Assembly (NCBI GenBank): GCA_002292815.1 | Contig: DBBX01000027.1 | Location: 64,372 to 128,371, forward strand | Direction of reading: 5' to 3' | DNA length: 64,000 nt | Source: Thiotrichaceae bacterium UBA973 | GTDB lineage: Bacteria > Pseudomonadota > Gammaproteobacteria > Eutrophobiales > Eutrophobiaceae | In this document: one piece after another, positions 10,903-21,502 of the stretch | How positions within the stretch are numbered: position 1 is the first letter of the stretch | Layout of the letters: each line of letters opens with the position of its first letter | Made by a program: the position numbers and the translations under genes | Notes under the pieces: model-generated | The model's database searches: none | The model's input: only the letters and a program-made list of their open reading frames with translations | Told to the model about the DNA's origin: nothing

Positions 10903-11670
10903 TTAAAAATATTCACATATTAAAAATTTAGTTTTTCTATATATAATATAAAAGTACCAATAAAAAGAATACAGCATTTCCCACAAAATGTTTTTACAAT
11001 ATTTGTCATGAACTCGTCTCTCTTCTAAGAAACGCTTTTTTAAACTAGGCCAGTCATTTCTAGAACTTACACCTATTATTCGCATGCATGAAACCACTAG
11101 CCCTATTGATTTTGACTTTATATCTTTTCTGTATATTCGCAAAAGAAAATCATAATCCAGAGCGACTTTAAACGTATCATCAAACAAGCCATGTTTCTGA
11201 AACAATTCTCTTGAAATAACATGCCCCTGATGACATGAACCCATTTTAAAATTTGTAAAAAAACCTAACCCCTTATTAAGTTTAACTATTCTGGTTTTGT
11301 CTGGGTAGATAAATAAAACTTTAAAGATGTATAAATCTAGTTGATCATTAACCAATAGAGAAATTTTATTTAACGTATCCTCCTCAAATAAATAATCGTC
11401 TGAATTAATAAAGAGTATATAATCGCCAGTCGCTTTTAATATCCCTTTATTCATAGCCTCGGCTATGCCATTGTCAGGCTCTGAAACCCAATATGTCACA
11501 CAACTATTATAGTTTCTAATAATATCAATGGTCGAATCGGTAGATCCGCCATCAATAATAATATGCTCAATATTTTTATACGTCTGCCTAGCAACACTCA
11601 ATATAGTGTGCTCAATATATTTTTCTGAATTGAGAGTTGCCGTAATAATAGAGAACTTAATATTATTCAT
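10903..11670 (-). CDS. GT2 family glycosyltransferase
   Basis: 'FSIITATLNSEKYIEHTILSVARQTY...IIDGGSTDST...NSDD' gives the GT2 DxD/DGGS signature. Confidence 0.75.
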   Translation of the reverse strand: MNNIKFSIITATLNSEKYIEHTILSVARQTYKNIEHIIIDGGSTDSTIDIIRNYNSCVTYWVSEPDNGIAEAMNKGILKATGDYILFINSDDYLFEEDTLNKISLLVNDQLDLYIFKVLFIYPDKTRIVKLNKGLGFFTNFKMGSCHQGHVISRELFQKHGLFDDTFKVALDYDFLLRIYRKDIKSKSIGLVVSCMRIIGVSSRNDWPSLKKRFLEERRVHDKYCKNILWEMLYSFYWYFYIIYRKTKFLICEYF

Positions 11671-11842
11671 TAAAATATCTAAATAATTAGAATTGCAATT
11701 TAAAACAAGGAGATATTATTTGTTATATTTTAGTAAGCAATAATTATTCACTAATAGAAAATTTCAGATAATAATTTATTCACATTATCCTTATGGAGAA
11801 AAGACTTACTAACATAAATAATAATATTTTTATGTTTAAAGT

Positions 11843-12562
11843 CTACAGCATTAAAATTTGTTGTACCCCATTAATATATTTAGAATATTTCGTCACTCTT
11901 AATGGGAAATGTTTAGTTATCGTATCCGCAACTGCCTCATCTTCCACATCGTACTTCAATTCCAGAATGGTAGATAACCTGTCAGATGATACGAATTTAA
12001 AAGAATTGAATCGTTCTCCTATTCGATAATTATAGAGCTGATTATCAATTGTAAGCCTGAATTTTTCACATTTAGAAAGATAATATTGGCGTGTGTAATT
12101 ATTTAGCAAGATGGGTAGAAGTAAGTCCAGATGTCGTTTTATGTTTTCTGGCAAGGCACTTTCTTTAATGTGGTTCCTAAAGTAGTCAGATGTAAAATCG
12201 CTATTTAGGGAAAAAGGCTCCAGAGAAAAATACTTTTTCCGCCCGGCAAAACCATTTTTTATTTTTAACTCCAGGACAGGGCTTGTAACTTTGCCAAAGG
12301 ATTCGCCATACCAACGAATTCGCGTTTTTAATCTTTTTGCAATACCTTCTATGTTTTCTATGACCGCATTTAGATTTCTAGTATCAAAATATATATTATT
12401 TATTATTCTTGTTGGAAACTGTCGGCAAAAACTTGCAGGATGAAGCCTGACAATGGATTCAATTTCGCTTACGGACAGTTCTCTAACTTGAAATTTTCGT
12501 TCATACCGATAGGTGTGATTACTGTCTATTTTAGTTGCTGCTTTTTCCATAAGACACACCAT
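11843..12562 (-). CDS. VTC-domain (polyphosphate-polymerase/CYTH-like) protein
   Basis: 239 aa, 'YRYERKFQV...IYFDT...' resembles bacterial VTC domain proteins (PF09359). Overlaps the upstream CotH-like gene by 32 nt, indicating translational coupling. Confidence 0.55.
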   Translation of the reverse strand: MVCLMEKAATKIDSNHTYRYERKFQVRELSVSEIESIVRLHPASFCRQFPTRIINNIYFDTRNLNAVIENIEGIAKRLKTRIRWYGESFGKVTSPVLELKIKNGFAGRKKYFSLEPFSLNSDFTSDYFRNHIKESALPENIKRHLDLLLPILLNNYTRQYYLSKCEKFRLTIDNQLYNYRIGERFNSFKFVSSDRLSTILELKYDVEDEAVADTITKHFPLRVTKYSKYINGVQQILML

Positions 12563-15188
12563 ACAGTATTTTTTCGATATTAAATTGGTCCCCTTCTATA
12601 ATATCTTCGTTAAGACTAAGCACCGATCCATATTCAATCAGACTTGTTTCCCCTTTGCCATCCGATGTAAAATTATTGATATTTATTTTCCCGGGTCCAA
12701 ATTCAGATTTTTTCTGAAAGGCAACAAAAGCCACACTACTCTTGGTTACACGTACATTATTTAGCTTAATTACAGAGTTATCTTTACTGGTAATAGCAAG
12801 CTCTGTATTACGTACATCAATATCACTGCCATTTACTATACTCGCTTCTCCCGCGCTTATACCCTTATCAGCAACACTATTCATTTGTATATGATGCATT
12901 GTGATATCAGTCCCGGATATATCAATGGCGTCATTACCAATATTCTCAAAAATTGCCTTGTAGATATTACCTTGACCAAAATCAATATCTAGCGCATCAG
13001 CTTTAATATCAGTGAACTTAAGGTGGTTCAGAGAAAACTTTGACCTAACGATATTAAGTGCATCCTCTGATTGAGTGCCGACAAAATTCACATAATCTAT
13101 CTTTGAGGGAGACTCATAAAAAGTAATCGTTCCTGATGTAGACCAGTTGTTTTGTGCAGGATGTAAAAGTGAATCAATATTAATATGCTGAAGTTGTGAT
13201 TCTCTATTGGACTTAAGCACTATCATCCCTTGTCCTGTTTTATCCGTTGTAGTTATTAATATAGGGTTATCTTTGGTACCTAGAAATCGTACCGGTGATC
13301 TTGATAAGATCACAGCATGATTATTTAGAATTAGTTCTGCCCCTGGTTGTGCTTCAAGAGTAAAGCCTTCAGGGACAATCAAATTTTCATTAATTATATG
13401 CCGCCCCTCAGGGATCGTCAGCATAATTTCGCTATTACGCTGTATAAATTTGAATAATTCGACATTTCCAACCTGCCGCATTAAATCCCCTTTAAGAGTT
13501 GCTATATCTTCATTTTTTTTCCAGGGATAAACACGAGCTGAATGAATCTTCAATAATCCAGGTCTATTATAGTTAAGGGAAAGACAGGCAGGAAAGTTAT
13601 CCAAACTTTCTAAACTAGGATCATAAGTGAAATTAATATTATGAACCATCGTAGTACTCAGTTCAGCTGGAGAAACTAGTAGTGATTGATTCTCTAGTGC
13701 AGAAAAAACGTAATCACCGCATGATAGATTTAAAATTTCTATAGGCAGCCTGTTATCGATTACCTCAACATAAATATCGAGACGATCTTCATGAGTATTA
13801 TTGAGGTATGCTTTTATTCTAACCTTGTTCAAATGTTTTGAAGCATAGTCTCGTTTTTTTATTAAAATAGTTTTGTCGAATATAAAGGCAGCCGGGCCGA
13901 AAGAAAAGACATGATCTTCTAAAGGGAACTCTGAATATATCAATCCGAGATTATGTTTGAGTTCTGCTTCTATGCTAAGTAAAAAATTTTCTAAATAATC
14001 TGGCGCGGCAAGTTTCTCTAACGCGCGAATGTATTCTCGGATGAATTCTTGATCCACTTTTCTTGGTGTGTTAAATAACTTATAAAAATATTCACGCCAA
14101 TCTTCATAGATAAAATTATTAGGAGTAATACCTCGTTCATAGGCAAAGATTGGTTTCTCCTTATTAAAGAAATTATGCCCATCAAAAGCTATCGGTTCGA
14201 GACGAGAAGTTATTGGATTATAATAATAACGGACACTTTTCGGTACCGCACCATGGTGGGTTCCCATAATGTCAGTAATCGCATAAAACATTGCAAGCTT
14301 CTTTGTGTCGAAAACTTCACCTACAGATAACCTATCATCCCTGTATCCCTCTAGAAGATTAATTGCTTTAGCTGTGACTGGCGAAAATTCAGATTTTGTC
14401 CATTTCTTTTCATTGAAAGGGGTAACTTGCATATCAGAAAAAAGATTCTCTCCTCGCGTGCTTTCATCAAAACGAATAATAGGACTATCTTTCAGTCCGT
14501 ATCTTTCTACCAGATATTTATCATAGTGTTCCTCCAGCGCGTATACTCCAAGATTCTTACCGTTTATAGAAAGATTTATAAAAATATAATTTGGGGAAAT
14601 CAATCCTTCTCTCTTGACGAGTTGCAGAAAAATCCATTCATAAATATAGTTTCGCGCCCTCGGTTTATGAAGCGAAAATGTTTTCATAGCATAAAGGGTA
14701 TTGTCTCCCTTTATTTCCACCCTAAAAGAAGCATTCGATAGACTTTCAAAATGGATCTTACGCTCACCCTTTAGTCTTATTTTTGCTTTCAATTGTTTGT
14801 TTCCTTGGGTAATCTTTACAGGCACATATTCAAATTTTTGATCCTCCGTAATGAGTGGAATAGCTTTTCTTCTCATATATTCGAGTTTTTGCATGTTAAT
14901 ATGCGATATGTCGATCGAGAGATTTTCCGCTTTATTAATTGAACCCCGAATCGCATTAATAATTGCTTCGGGATAGGTTTTAATGGATTTAGTTATCTGT
15001 AACGTTTTATTGATTTTATTCCACGCGGCATCGGATGATGTTGGATTTATATTTGCAAAAATTAATAACCCGGCGATAATAAAGAGGTTAATACAAATTA
15101 TCAGGCAGGAGAAAACATTCCAAATCTTCTGCGGTGTTCGCCCACTAACGCTTTTATTTATAAATAATGTTCCCCCCTTTAGAATCAA
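12531..15188 (-). CDS. CotH kinase-family protein with N-terminal TM anchor and C-terminal right-handed beta-helix domain
   Basis: 'IRLKGERKIHFESLSNASFRVEIKG...YAMKTFSLHKPRARNYIYEWIFLQLVKREGLISPNYIFINLSINGKNLGVYALEEHYDKYLVERYG' follows the CotH (PF08757) core pattern. N-terminal hydrophobic helix. C-terminal repetitive beta-helix-like region ('NNHAVILSRSPVRFLG...'). Confidence 0.65.
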   Translation of the reverse strand: MILKGGTLFINKSVSGRTPQKIWNVFSCLIICINLFIIAGLLIFANINPTSSDAAWNKINKTLQITKSIKTYPEAIINAIRGSINKAENLSIDISHINMQKLEYMRRKAIPLITEDQKFEYVPVKITQGNKQLKAKIRLKGERKIHFESLSNASFRVEIKGDNTLYAMKTFSLHKPRARNYIYEWIFLQLVKREGLISPNYIFINLSINGKNLGVYALEEHYDKYLVERYGLKDSPIIRFDESTRGENLFSDMQVTPFNEKKWTKSEFSPVTAKAINLLEGYRDDRLSVGEVFDTKKLAMFYAITDIMGTHHGAVPKSVRYYYNPITSRLEPIAFDGHNFFNKEKPIFAYERGITPNNFIYEDWREYFYKLFNTPRKVDQEFIREYIRALEKLAAPDYLENFLLSIEAELKHNLGLIYSEFPLEDHVFSFGPAAFIFDKTILIKKRDYASKHLNKVRIKAYLNNTHEDRLDIYVEVIDNRLPIEILNLSCGDYVFSALENQSLLVSPAELSTTMVHNINFTYDPSLESLDNFPACLSLNYNRPGLLKIHSARVYPWKKNEDIATLKGDLMRQVGNVELFKFIQRNSEIMLTIPEGRHIINENLIVPEGFTLEAQPGAELILNNHAVILSRSPVRFLGTKDNPILITTTDKTGQGMIVLKSNRESQLQHINIDSLLHPAQNNWSTSGTITFYESPSKIDYVNFVGTQSEDALNIVRSKFSLNHLKFTDIKADALDIDFGQGNIYKAIFENIGNDAIDISGTDITMHHIQMNSVADKGISAGEASIVNGSDIDVRNTELAITSKDNSVIKLNNVRVTKSSVAFVAFQKKSEFGPGKININNFTSDGKGETSLIEYGSVLSLNEDIIEGDQFNIEKILYGVSYGKSSN

Positions 15189-15877
15189 GCCAAAATCCCT
15201 TGTTGGTCAATGAATGTTATTTTGATGTTACTGTCTATATTGGTCAGTTTCTGAGTCAAGTTTTCCAAACTTTCCGTGTTATTGACTTGAGTATTAAAAG
15301 TAACCTCGATTAAGTCTGCACCGCTATCAAGCCGTCTTAAATCAACCCTGTCACAACTATTGTTAACGATGTTCACAATGGCATCAAGATTCACATTTTT
15401 TTTATCCTGGCTGCTAATTGTAATAAACATATTTGACTGAGAAAGTAATTCATCTCGGGTTATCTTCTTAAGGCCAATAATTACAAAAACAGTGAGAATG
15501 AACGATATGATGATAATTAATCTTTGATCAGCACCAAGCCCAAGCCCTATGGATATAGCAAGGAACAAATAAGTCAGCTCTTCAGGTTCTTTGATTGCCG
15601 CCCTGAAGCGAACGATAGATAGTGCGCCGACCAATCCCAATGAAAGTGCCAAGGATGACTTTACAATACTGATTACGGTCATCGTAATCATTGCTAATAG
15701 TACTAGGTTCTTGGAAAAGGATTCTCTATTTGAGAGAGAGTTCCCATAGAGTCGGTATATATGGCTAAGCACGTAAGCCAAAAAAGCAGCAAGCAAAAGG
15801 TTGACAGCAAAATTCAGAGGATCTACCTGGATACTCTGTGAGTTAAGAAAGTTTTCAAATGTGTTAGTTTTTTCCAT
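15185..15877 (-). CDS. DUF4956-like membrane protein
   Basis: 230 aa with ~4 TM helices and a soluble C-terminus. 4-nt overlap with the CotH gene. The VTC/CotH/DUF4956 trio is a recurrent gene neighbourhood. Confidence 0.45.
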   Translation of the reverse strand: MEKTNTFENFLNSQSIQVDPLNFAVNLLLAAFLAYVLSHIYRLYGNSLSNRESFSKNLVLLAMITMTVISIVKSSLALSLGLVGALSIVRFRAAIKEPEELTYLFLAISIGLGLGADQRLIIIISFILTVFVIIGLKKITRDELLSQSNMFITISSQDKKNVNLDAIVNIVNNSCDRVDLRRLDSGADLIEVTFNTQVNNTESLENLTQKLTNIDSNIKITFIDQQGILA

Positions 15878-16081
15878 CAGTTATATACCCTATTAATATC
15901 TGTCTTCGTATGTGGAGAAAAAATAAATACCTTGCTTAATTAATACAATTTAATAAACGTATTGTAATTCAGCTAATTATTAATAATTAGACCTCGAATC
16001 TGACTAAAATATAATACTGATTCTTAGCGAACCAATAATGACATAGTGTTTTGAGTAAAAATAATTTATCAACAAAAAACA

Positions 16082-18109
16082 TCACCTCATCGTACGTACA
16101 ATATATTGCGCAGACTTGAATATCCAATAAGGTGTCATGTGCCTGAGCAATGCATAGCTTAGAACCAAAATCTGTACTGGGGCTCGTAATTTTCTGCGAC
16201 CACCAATCAAAGGAAACTTGCTAGCAACTTGATTGGCATATTGCATACACCACAATATTGATGTTCGACCATAGTGTAGCTTAGACGCACGAATGCTCTC
16301 CTTTATTGACCGATCACGATAGTTACTTGTTTTATTCTCTGGGTACATGCGCGACGCAGCAAGTGTCACGGGCAAATAAAGAAATGGGGTATATCTTGAA
16401 TAGCGAAGCCAAAGCTCATAATCAAGTGCCATATCATAATTTATATTCAAATTGCCTGCTGTATCAAGTAATCGCCGATCAAAAAATACACTCGGTTGAC
16501 AAATACAACAGTGTTGCAACAAATTAAGCAAACTGTAGGTATCTGTTGGATATCGACCAGTGCGCCGACTTTTCTTATCTATATAGTCGGCTTCACCGTA
16601 AACTAACCAGCAACCACTCTGCCCTAATAAACCTGTCACCGCAGCTAGTATTGCACCGGGTCTATACAAATCATCGGAATTCAACCAGCCAATAATTTCA
16701 CCACTGCTGTGAGACAATCCCTTGTTTATAGCATCTGCTTGACCATCGTCAGATTCTGATATCCAGTAAATATCATTTCCGTAGGACTTTAATATTTCTA
16801 CACTGCCATCTGTTGAGCCACCATCAATGATAATAACTTCCATGCTTGGATAGTCTTGTTCAAGAATGCTATCAATGCATTCTCGGAGAAAACGCGACTG
16901 TTGGTATGACGGCACGATAATACTTACGAGTGGGAATTCATCAATTTTTTTCTCTAGTCTTTTACTTGACCAGTGATTCGGATTATCAAATACTGCAGGC
17001 GCTTTGCGTAATGCATCAGCCAATATAGGTATTACATTTGTCTTATTGAAATTTGACAACCTACTACGTCCCTTCTCTACTAACTCTTTACAAAGACTAT
17101 CGTCCTGCCAAAGTCGTTGCATCGCTGCCGCAATTTCTTCAGGGATTTCAGGATTAAAATATATTGCACTGTCGCCAGCAACCTCCGGCAAACTCGTTCG
17201 ATCAGAACAAGCAATAGGGCAATCACTGGCCATTGCTTCGATAAGCGGTATACCAAAGCCCTCAAAATAAGAAGGAAATACTAGGCCTCGGGCACGACGA
17301 TAAAGAATTGGCATATACTGTTCATCCACATAACCAAGCCATGTAACAGCACTTTCTAAATTTAAGTCCTTGATGGTTCTGATTAACTCTTTATGAGCCT
17401 TGTGCTCCCACCCTGTAAACACTAAATGTAGATCCGGCACAGTCTTTCGTACAATAGCTAAGGACTTCAACAATCCCAGATGATTTTTATGTGGCCACGT
17501 GTTTGCGGGATAAAGCAGATACCGTAAAGGCAACTTGTCCAATAATGCAACAGGCAAAGTTCCTCCTGTCGTGTTATTAAGAAACTGTTGTGACAAGATG
17601 GGCGGTGTCAAAATGATTTTATCACGAGGAATTCCCAAAAATGTTTCTGCCTCTTCAGCTACGAATTCCGAAATCACACAAAGCGTTTGTGCTGCTCTAG
17701 CAGGCCATTCCCAATACTGTGCGCGATTTCTTAATTCAATAAGATTAAAATTTTCTGGATAACTACGGTGCTGCAGATCAACCAAAAGAACAACCATAGG
17801 ACAGCAAGCCGTTTCTACACCCGGATTCATCAACGGTGCGAACAGCACATCAAACTCACCATGTCGATAGTGATTCTCTATTTCATTACTCTGCCAACGC
17901 GTAGACACAACACGTATCCTATGGCTAGAATCGTCAAACAGGTGCTTAATAGCGTTGTTTACGAAATAGGTAAATAACAGATCCGTTTCTCGGTTCAGTC
18001 CGTCCAAGAGGCTTAGGACCAAAGGCATAATGCCCCCAACACTACCTGGGTTAAGTGGTGTCAGATTAACGCCAACCCTAATAGGTTTTTTTTCTATTGG
18101 TAAGACCAT
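16082..18109 (-). CDS. bifunctional glycosyltransferase: N-terminal GT4 domain fused to C-terminal GT2 domain
   Basis: GT4 motif 'EGFGIPLIEAMASDCPIACSDRTSLPEVAGD' (residues ~280-310). GT2 signature 'IVPSYQQSRFLRECIDSILEQDYPSMEVIIIDGGSTDGS...NSDD' (residues ~395-480). Confidence 0.75.
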   Translation of the reverse strand: MVLPIEKKPIRVGVNLTPLNPGSVGGIMPLVLSLLDGLNRETDLLFTYFVNNAIKHLFDDSSHRIRVVSTRWQSNEIENHYRHGEFDVLFAPLMNPGVETACCPMVVLLVDLQHRSYPENFNLIELRNRAQYWEWPARAAQTLCVISEFVAEEAETFLGIPRDKIILTPPILSQQFLNNTTGGTLPVALLDKLPLRYLLYPANTWPHKNHLGLLKSLAIVRKTVPDLHLVFTGWEHKAHKELIRTIKDLNLESAVTWLGYVDEQYMPILYRRARGLVFPSYFEGFGIPLIEAMASDCPIACSDRTSLPEVAGDSAIYFNPEIPEEIAAAMQRLWQDDSLCKELVEKGRSRLSNFNKTNVIPILADALRKAPAVFDNPNHWSSKRLEKKIDEFPLVSIIVPSYQQSRFLRECIDSILEQDYPSMEVIIIDGGSTDGSVEILKSYGNDIYWISESDDGQADAINKGLSHSSGEIIGWLNSDDLYRPGAILAAVTGLLGQSGCWLVYGEADYIDKKSRRTGRYPTDTYSLLNLLQHCCICQPSVFFDRRLLDTAGNLNINYDMALDYELWLRYSRYTPFLYLPVTLAASRMYPENKTSNYRDRSIKESIRASKLHYGRTSILWCMQYANQVASKFPLIGGRRKLRAPVQILVLSYALLRHMTPYWIFKSAQYIVRTMR

Positions 18110-18126
18110 AAATATTTAGTATTACT

Positions 18127-20025
18127 CTATATTTTTCTAAATAAAATGATGCCGGTGGATATATAGATTGCAGTATACTTATCTACGTCTTTCCATTTAT
18201 CCAACTTAATTGTAGCGACTACATATTTTGGCAATGGGAGATTTGAGACCATTGAAGCATTACTAACACCCACATGTCTAAAACTTATATTTCTTTCACC
18301 ATTGTATCCCGCCTTTGAAAGCATCCATAAAGGGTATTCCCAACCTCCCTCATTACAATATATTCCTACAACCTTTTGCTTTTCTAATTGTAAGATACTT
18401 ATTACATTCATGAATTCTTGATAGACATCTTTTGTATTCTTGAAATAAAACTCAGCTCGATCTTTATAATACCAATCGAGAGATATTAAGGAGCGAGTTT
18501 TGTTAGCAAAAGTAAAAATCAAACCATAGCAAAACAAACATATAAGAATCACATAACTGAAGCGTTTTCCGATAGCCCTATATTCTGTTGTTGTAATTGC
18601 AATTGCAATTAATGGTGCGGCCATTGCGAATAATGGCGTGTGAAGCCTGCTTGCCCATGGTTGCCATTTTAATAAGAAGAAAAAGAGTAAAGCGCCTAGT
18701 ATTAGGCTAATAGCGTACCATGTCGTGCGATAATAATATCCCTTCAATAATAATAGTGGCAATAGAATCAGTGTGAGAAAAATAATTAGCATATGAATTA
18801 AATTCCCAGCAAAATCTTCATGCCAATTATACGGAATATAAAAAGTAGTGCCTTGCAAGGTTGTTCGAGGATTATTCAGTTGAGAACCTAGCACATCCTT
18901 CAAAGTTTTTTCCAAAACATTATTAATTAGGATTGAAGGTGTGCCTATGTGTAACGCACCATTTCTTACAGTATTCGCAAGCAAAGCGGCAGGAGACGCA
19001 TCCTCGTTATATAATTGTTTTACTTCGGTTGATAAAGGATGTCCGTACAGTTTAAAGTTGCGTGAAAAGTGTCCCGCATTCAGTACAAGAGCAATAAAGA
19101 CTATTAGCGAAAGTTTTACTACAACTTCTTGAATCCGAGCCCGATTAACGCCGCATTCTATAAATAGTGGGATAGCTAGTATTGTGCCTACGGCAGCACA
19201 ATATATATAGGCTGTACCTTTAGTCATAAGCGCTAACCCCAACGCAATGGTTCCAAAGAGAATATTTTCAAAACTAAAATTTCTTTGAATGCGAAGCATG
19301 AATAATGCAAAAGACATTATAAAACTAGATACAACCAAATCATTTTGTGTACTCGAAGCCTGTAGTACTCCCATCGGTAAAGTCGCAATAATAAATGCTG
19401 TTATTAGCTGCTGTCTTTTATCAAGACCTAGTTCAGCAGCAATAACAAAACCAAGGCAAACAATCACAAGAAAGCTGACCCACTGAACGAGATTTGCATA
19501 CCAGTCTGAACCTGTTAAAACCTGTAAATGCATAATTGCAAACTCTGCAAGCGGTGCTAAGTAATTCTGTCTCGTAATCGAGGTAGGATAAAATGATACA
19601 TCGTTGTTATTTATCCAATGTACCACTCGAGACATATGATAAGTCATTGAGTCCGAGGTATTAGGTGGATGCAAGATAGCGGTTAAAAATGTTGCTGCCA
19701 AAATCAAAACTATCGCTGCTGTAAGAAGATAGGTTTGAGAAGAATACTCATGCGCTTCCTGAATTTTTAATACTTCAGTGTTCCGAAACTTTGAAATGAT
19801 AGCTAACAAAGAAATGAAGAATAGAACCCACATTATTAATACACACGAAAAAGAAATACTATTAATTGCTGATAGAAATTCTGTCGAAATTAAAATGAAT
19901 GTAAAAACCACTAGATGTGCTTTGATTAATGCTTCTAAGATAGTTTCCACTTTCAGTTGTCGCGTGAAAACAATCATCAGTGCAATATATGAACTTACAG
20001 GTAAAAGTAACAGCGAGAAACTCAT
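18127..20025 (-). CDS. GT-C fold polytopic membrane glycosyltransferase (same unassigned subfamily as 5231-7012), 632 aa
   Basis: More than 11 TM helices. First-loop 'SDSMTYHMSRVVHW' parallels 'PDSFYHAVRI' of the 5231-7012 protein. Soluble C-terminal domain. Confidence 0.45.
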   Translation of the reverse strand: MSFSLLLLPVSSYIALMIVFTRQLKVETILEALIKAHLVVFTFILISTEFLSAINSISFSCVLIMWVLFFISLLAIISKFRNTEVLKIQEAHEYSSQTYLLTAAIVLILAATFLTAILHPPNTSDSMTYHMSRVVHWINNNDVSFYPTSITRQNYLAPLAEFAIMHLQVLTGSDWYANLVQWVSFLVIVCLGFVIAAELGLDKRQQLITAFIIATLPMGVLQASSTQNDLVVSSFIMSFALFMLRIQRNFSFENILFGTIALGLALMTKGTAYIYCAAVGTILAIPLFIECGVNRARIQEVVVKLSLIVFIALVLNAGHFSRNFKLYGHPLSTEVKQLYNEDASPAALLANTVRNGALHIGTPSILINNVLEKTLKDVLGSQLNNPRTTLQGTTFYIPYNWHEDFAGNLIHMLIIFLTLILLPLLLLKGYYYRTTWYAISLILGALLFFFLLKWQPWASRLHTPLFAMAAPLIAIAITTTEYRAIGKRFSYVILICLFCYGLIFTFANKTRSLISLDWYYKDRAEFYFKNTKDVYQEFMNVISILQLEKQKVVGIYCNEGGWEYPLWMLSKAGYNGERNISFRHVGVSNASMVSNLPLPKYVVATIKLDKWKDVDKYTAIYISTGIILFRKI

Positions 20026-20107
20026 CTTATACTTTAATGCTCTCTATTTTTAAGAATAGTTTATTTAAAGACATACGCGGAACTATTATTGACCACCATA
20101 TTTTTTT

Positions 20108-21364
20108 CTATAGAAGAGAATGATACAGATCAATATATTTTTTTGCTTGTAGATCAGATGAGAAATTTTTAATCGCAGTCTCTCTACATCTATCACGTAG
20201 GGAATATTCTGTTGCTGGTGTATTTAAAAAACTTTCAATCGCTTCTACTATTGCTTTTACCGTCAATTCTTTAACCAGATAACCTGATAACCCAGGTTTA
20301 ACCAAGTCACTTAAACCTCCTTGGTCAAATGCGACAACTGGTGTGCCGCAAGAAATTGATTCCAGCACTGTATTTGGTAAATTATCTTCACGGGAAGGCG
20401 CAATAAATAAATCAGCAGCACTATAAACCATAGGCATTCTCTCTTCTATATCAACATAACCGAGATGAATATGATTCTTCGATAATTCCTGCTGTGGGGC
20501 ACCACCACCTACCGTTAGCAAGAAGATATTTTTAGAACTAGCAATTGTTTTTAAAGCCTCTACAAGTATATCAAACCCTTTTCTGTGATTATCCAGCCCA
20601 TCAGCTACAAATAAGAGAACTTGTGTATCTTCTGGTATGCCAAGTAATTTTCTGGCTTTTAATCTATTTCGTGGCTTAAATATATTTATATCTAATCCAT
20701 TTGAAATACAATGAATCTCATAATTCATAAGTAGTTTACTACGCCTAGCTGTTTCGGCCAGCCAGCGACTTGGTGCTACGATGCACACGCGATCTCTAAA
20801 GTATTTATTATATGAATAAGATTTTGAAGAAAAACTTTTATTCGAAATATCATTGGCACTACGATTATCGAGTTGAGGACAGTTCCCACAATTATTGATA
20901 TAACCGTTACAATTATTAGAATAATGACATCCACCTGTAAAAGCATTCATATCATGCAATGTCCATACAATTGGTTTATTTTGAGGTATCGATGAGAAGA
21001 AATCGTTGTAATTAAACATATCAGAGATCCAGTGCAAATTAATAATGTCAGCATTGAAATCGATATCACTCAACCTTACGCCTTCGGAAAGCGTTGCCGT
21101 AGAAAATCTCTCAAATCCTTCTGGTCTGTTTTTTAAATATTTTTTATTTGCAGCTTCCTCTCGAAGAAATAAACGACGACGTCTTATTCGGGAAAATAAA
21201 TTACGTCTTTGCCATGTCCATTTTAAATAACCAGGTTTGTCAGTATCTCCTTCCCTATAAAGAAAACGGCTTTCAATGTTTTCTTTACACAACCCCATAT
21301 GCAATCGTTGTGCGGCAATAGCTGCACCACCGACCAACAGAGTATTAAGATGAAGAACGCGCAT
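20108..21364 (-). CDS. GT4 family glycosyltransferase
   Basis: 'MRVLHLNTLLVGGAA' N-terminus and C-terminal 'EDNLPNTVLESISCGTPVVAFDQGGLSDLV' (E-x7-E). Confidence 0.75.
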   Translation of the reverse strand: MRVLHLNTLLVGGAAIAAQRLHMGLCKENIESRFLYREGDTDKPGYLKWTWQRRNLFSRIRRRRLFLREEAANKKYLKNRPEGFERFSTATLSEGVRLSDIDFNADIINLHWISDMFNYNDFFSSIPQNKPIVWTLHDMNAFTGGCHYSNNCNGYINNCGNCPQLDNRSANDISNKSFSSKSYSYNKYFRDRVCIVAPSRWLAETARRSKLLMNYEIHCISNGLDINIFKPRNRLKARKLLGIPEDTQVLLFVADGLDNHRKGFDILVEALKTIASSKNIFLLTVGGGAPQQELSKNHIHLGYVDIEERMPMVYSAADLFIAPSREDNLPNTVLESISCGTPVVAFDQGGLSDLVKPGLSGYLVKELTVKAIVEAIESFLNTPATEYSLRDRCRETAIKNFSSDLQAKKYIDLYHSLL

Positions 21365-21502
21365 TAAGTTTATTTTTTAATAAATAAGAAATATTTTTAT
21401 TTGTCGCAATATATAATATTGTTAGATATATTTCTCGAACGTGTTTAATAATATTTTGGTGCAAAAATGAGACAGCATAAATCATTACGCACTTCTAATT
21501 AC

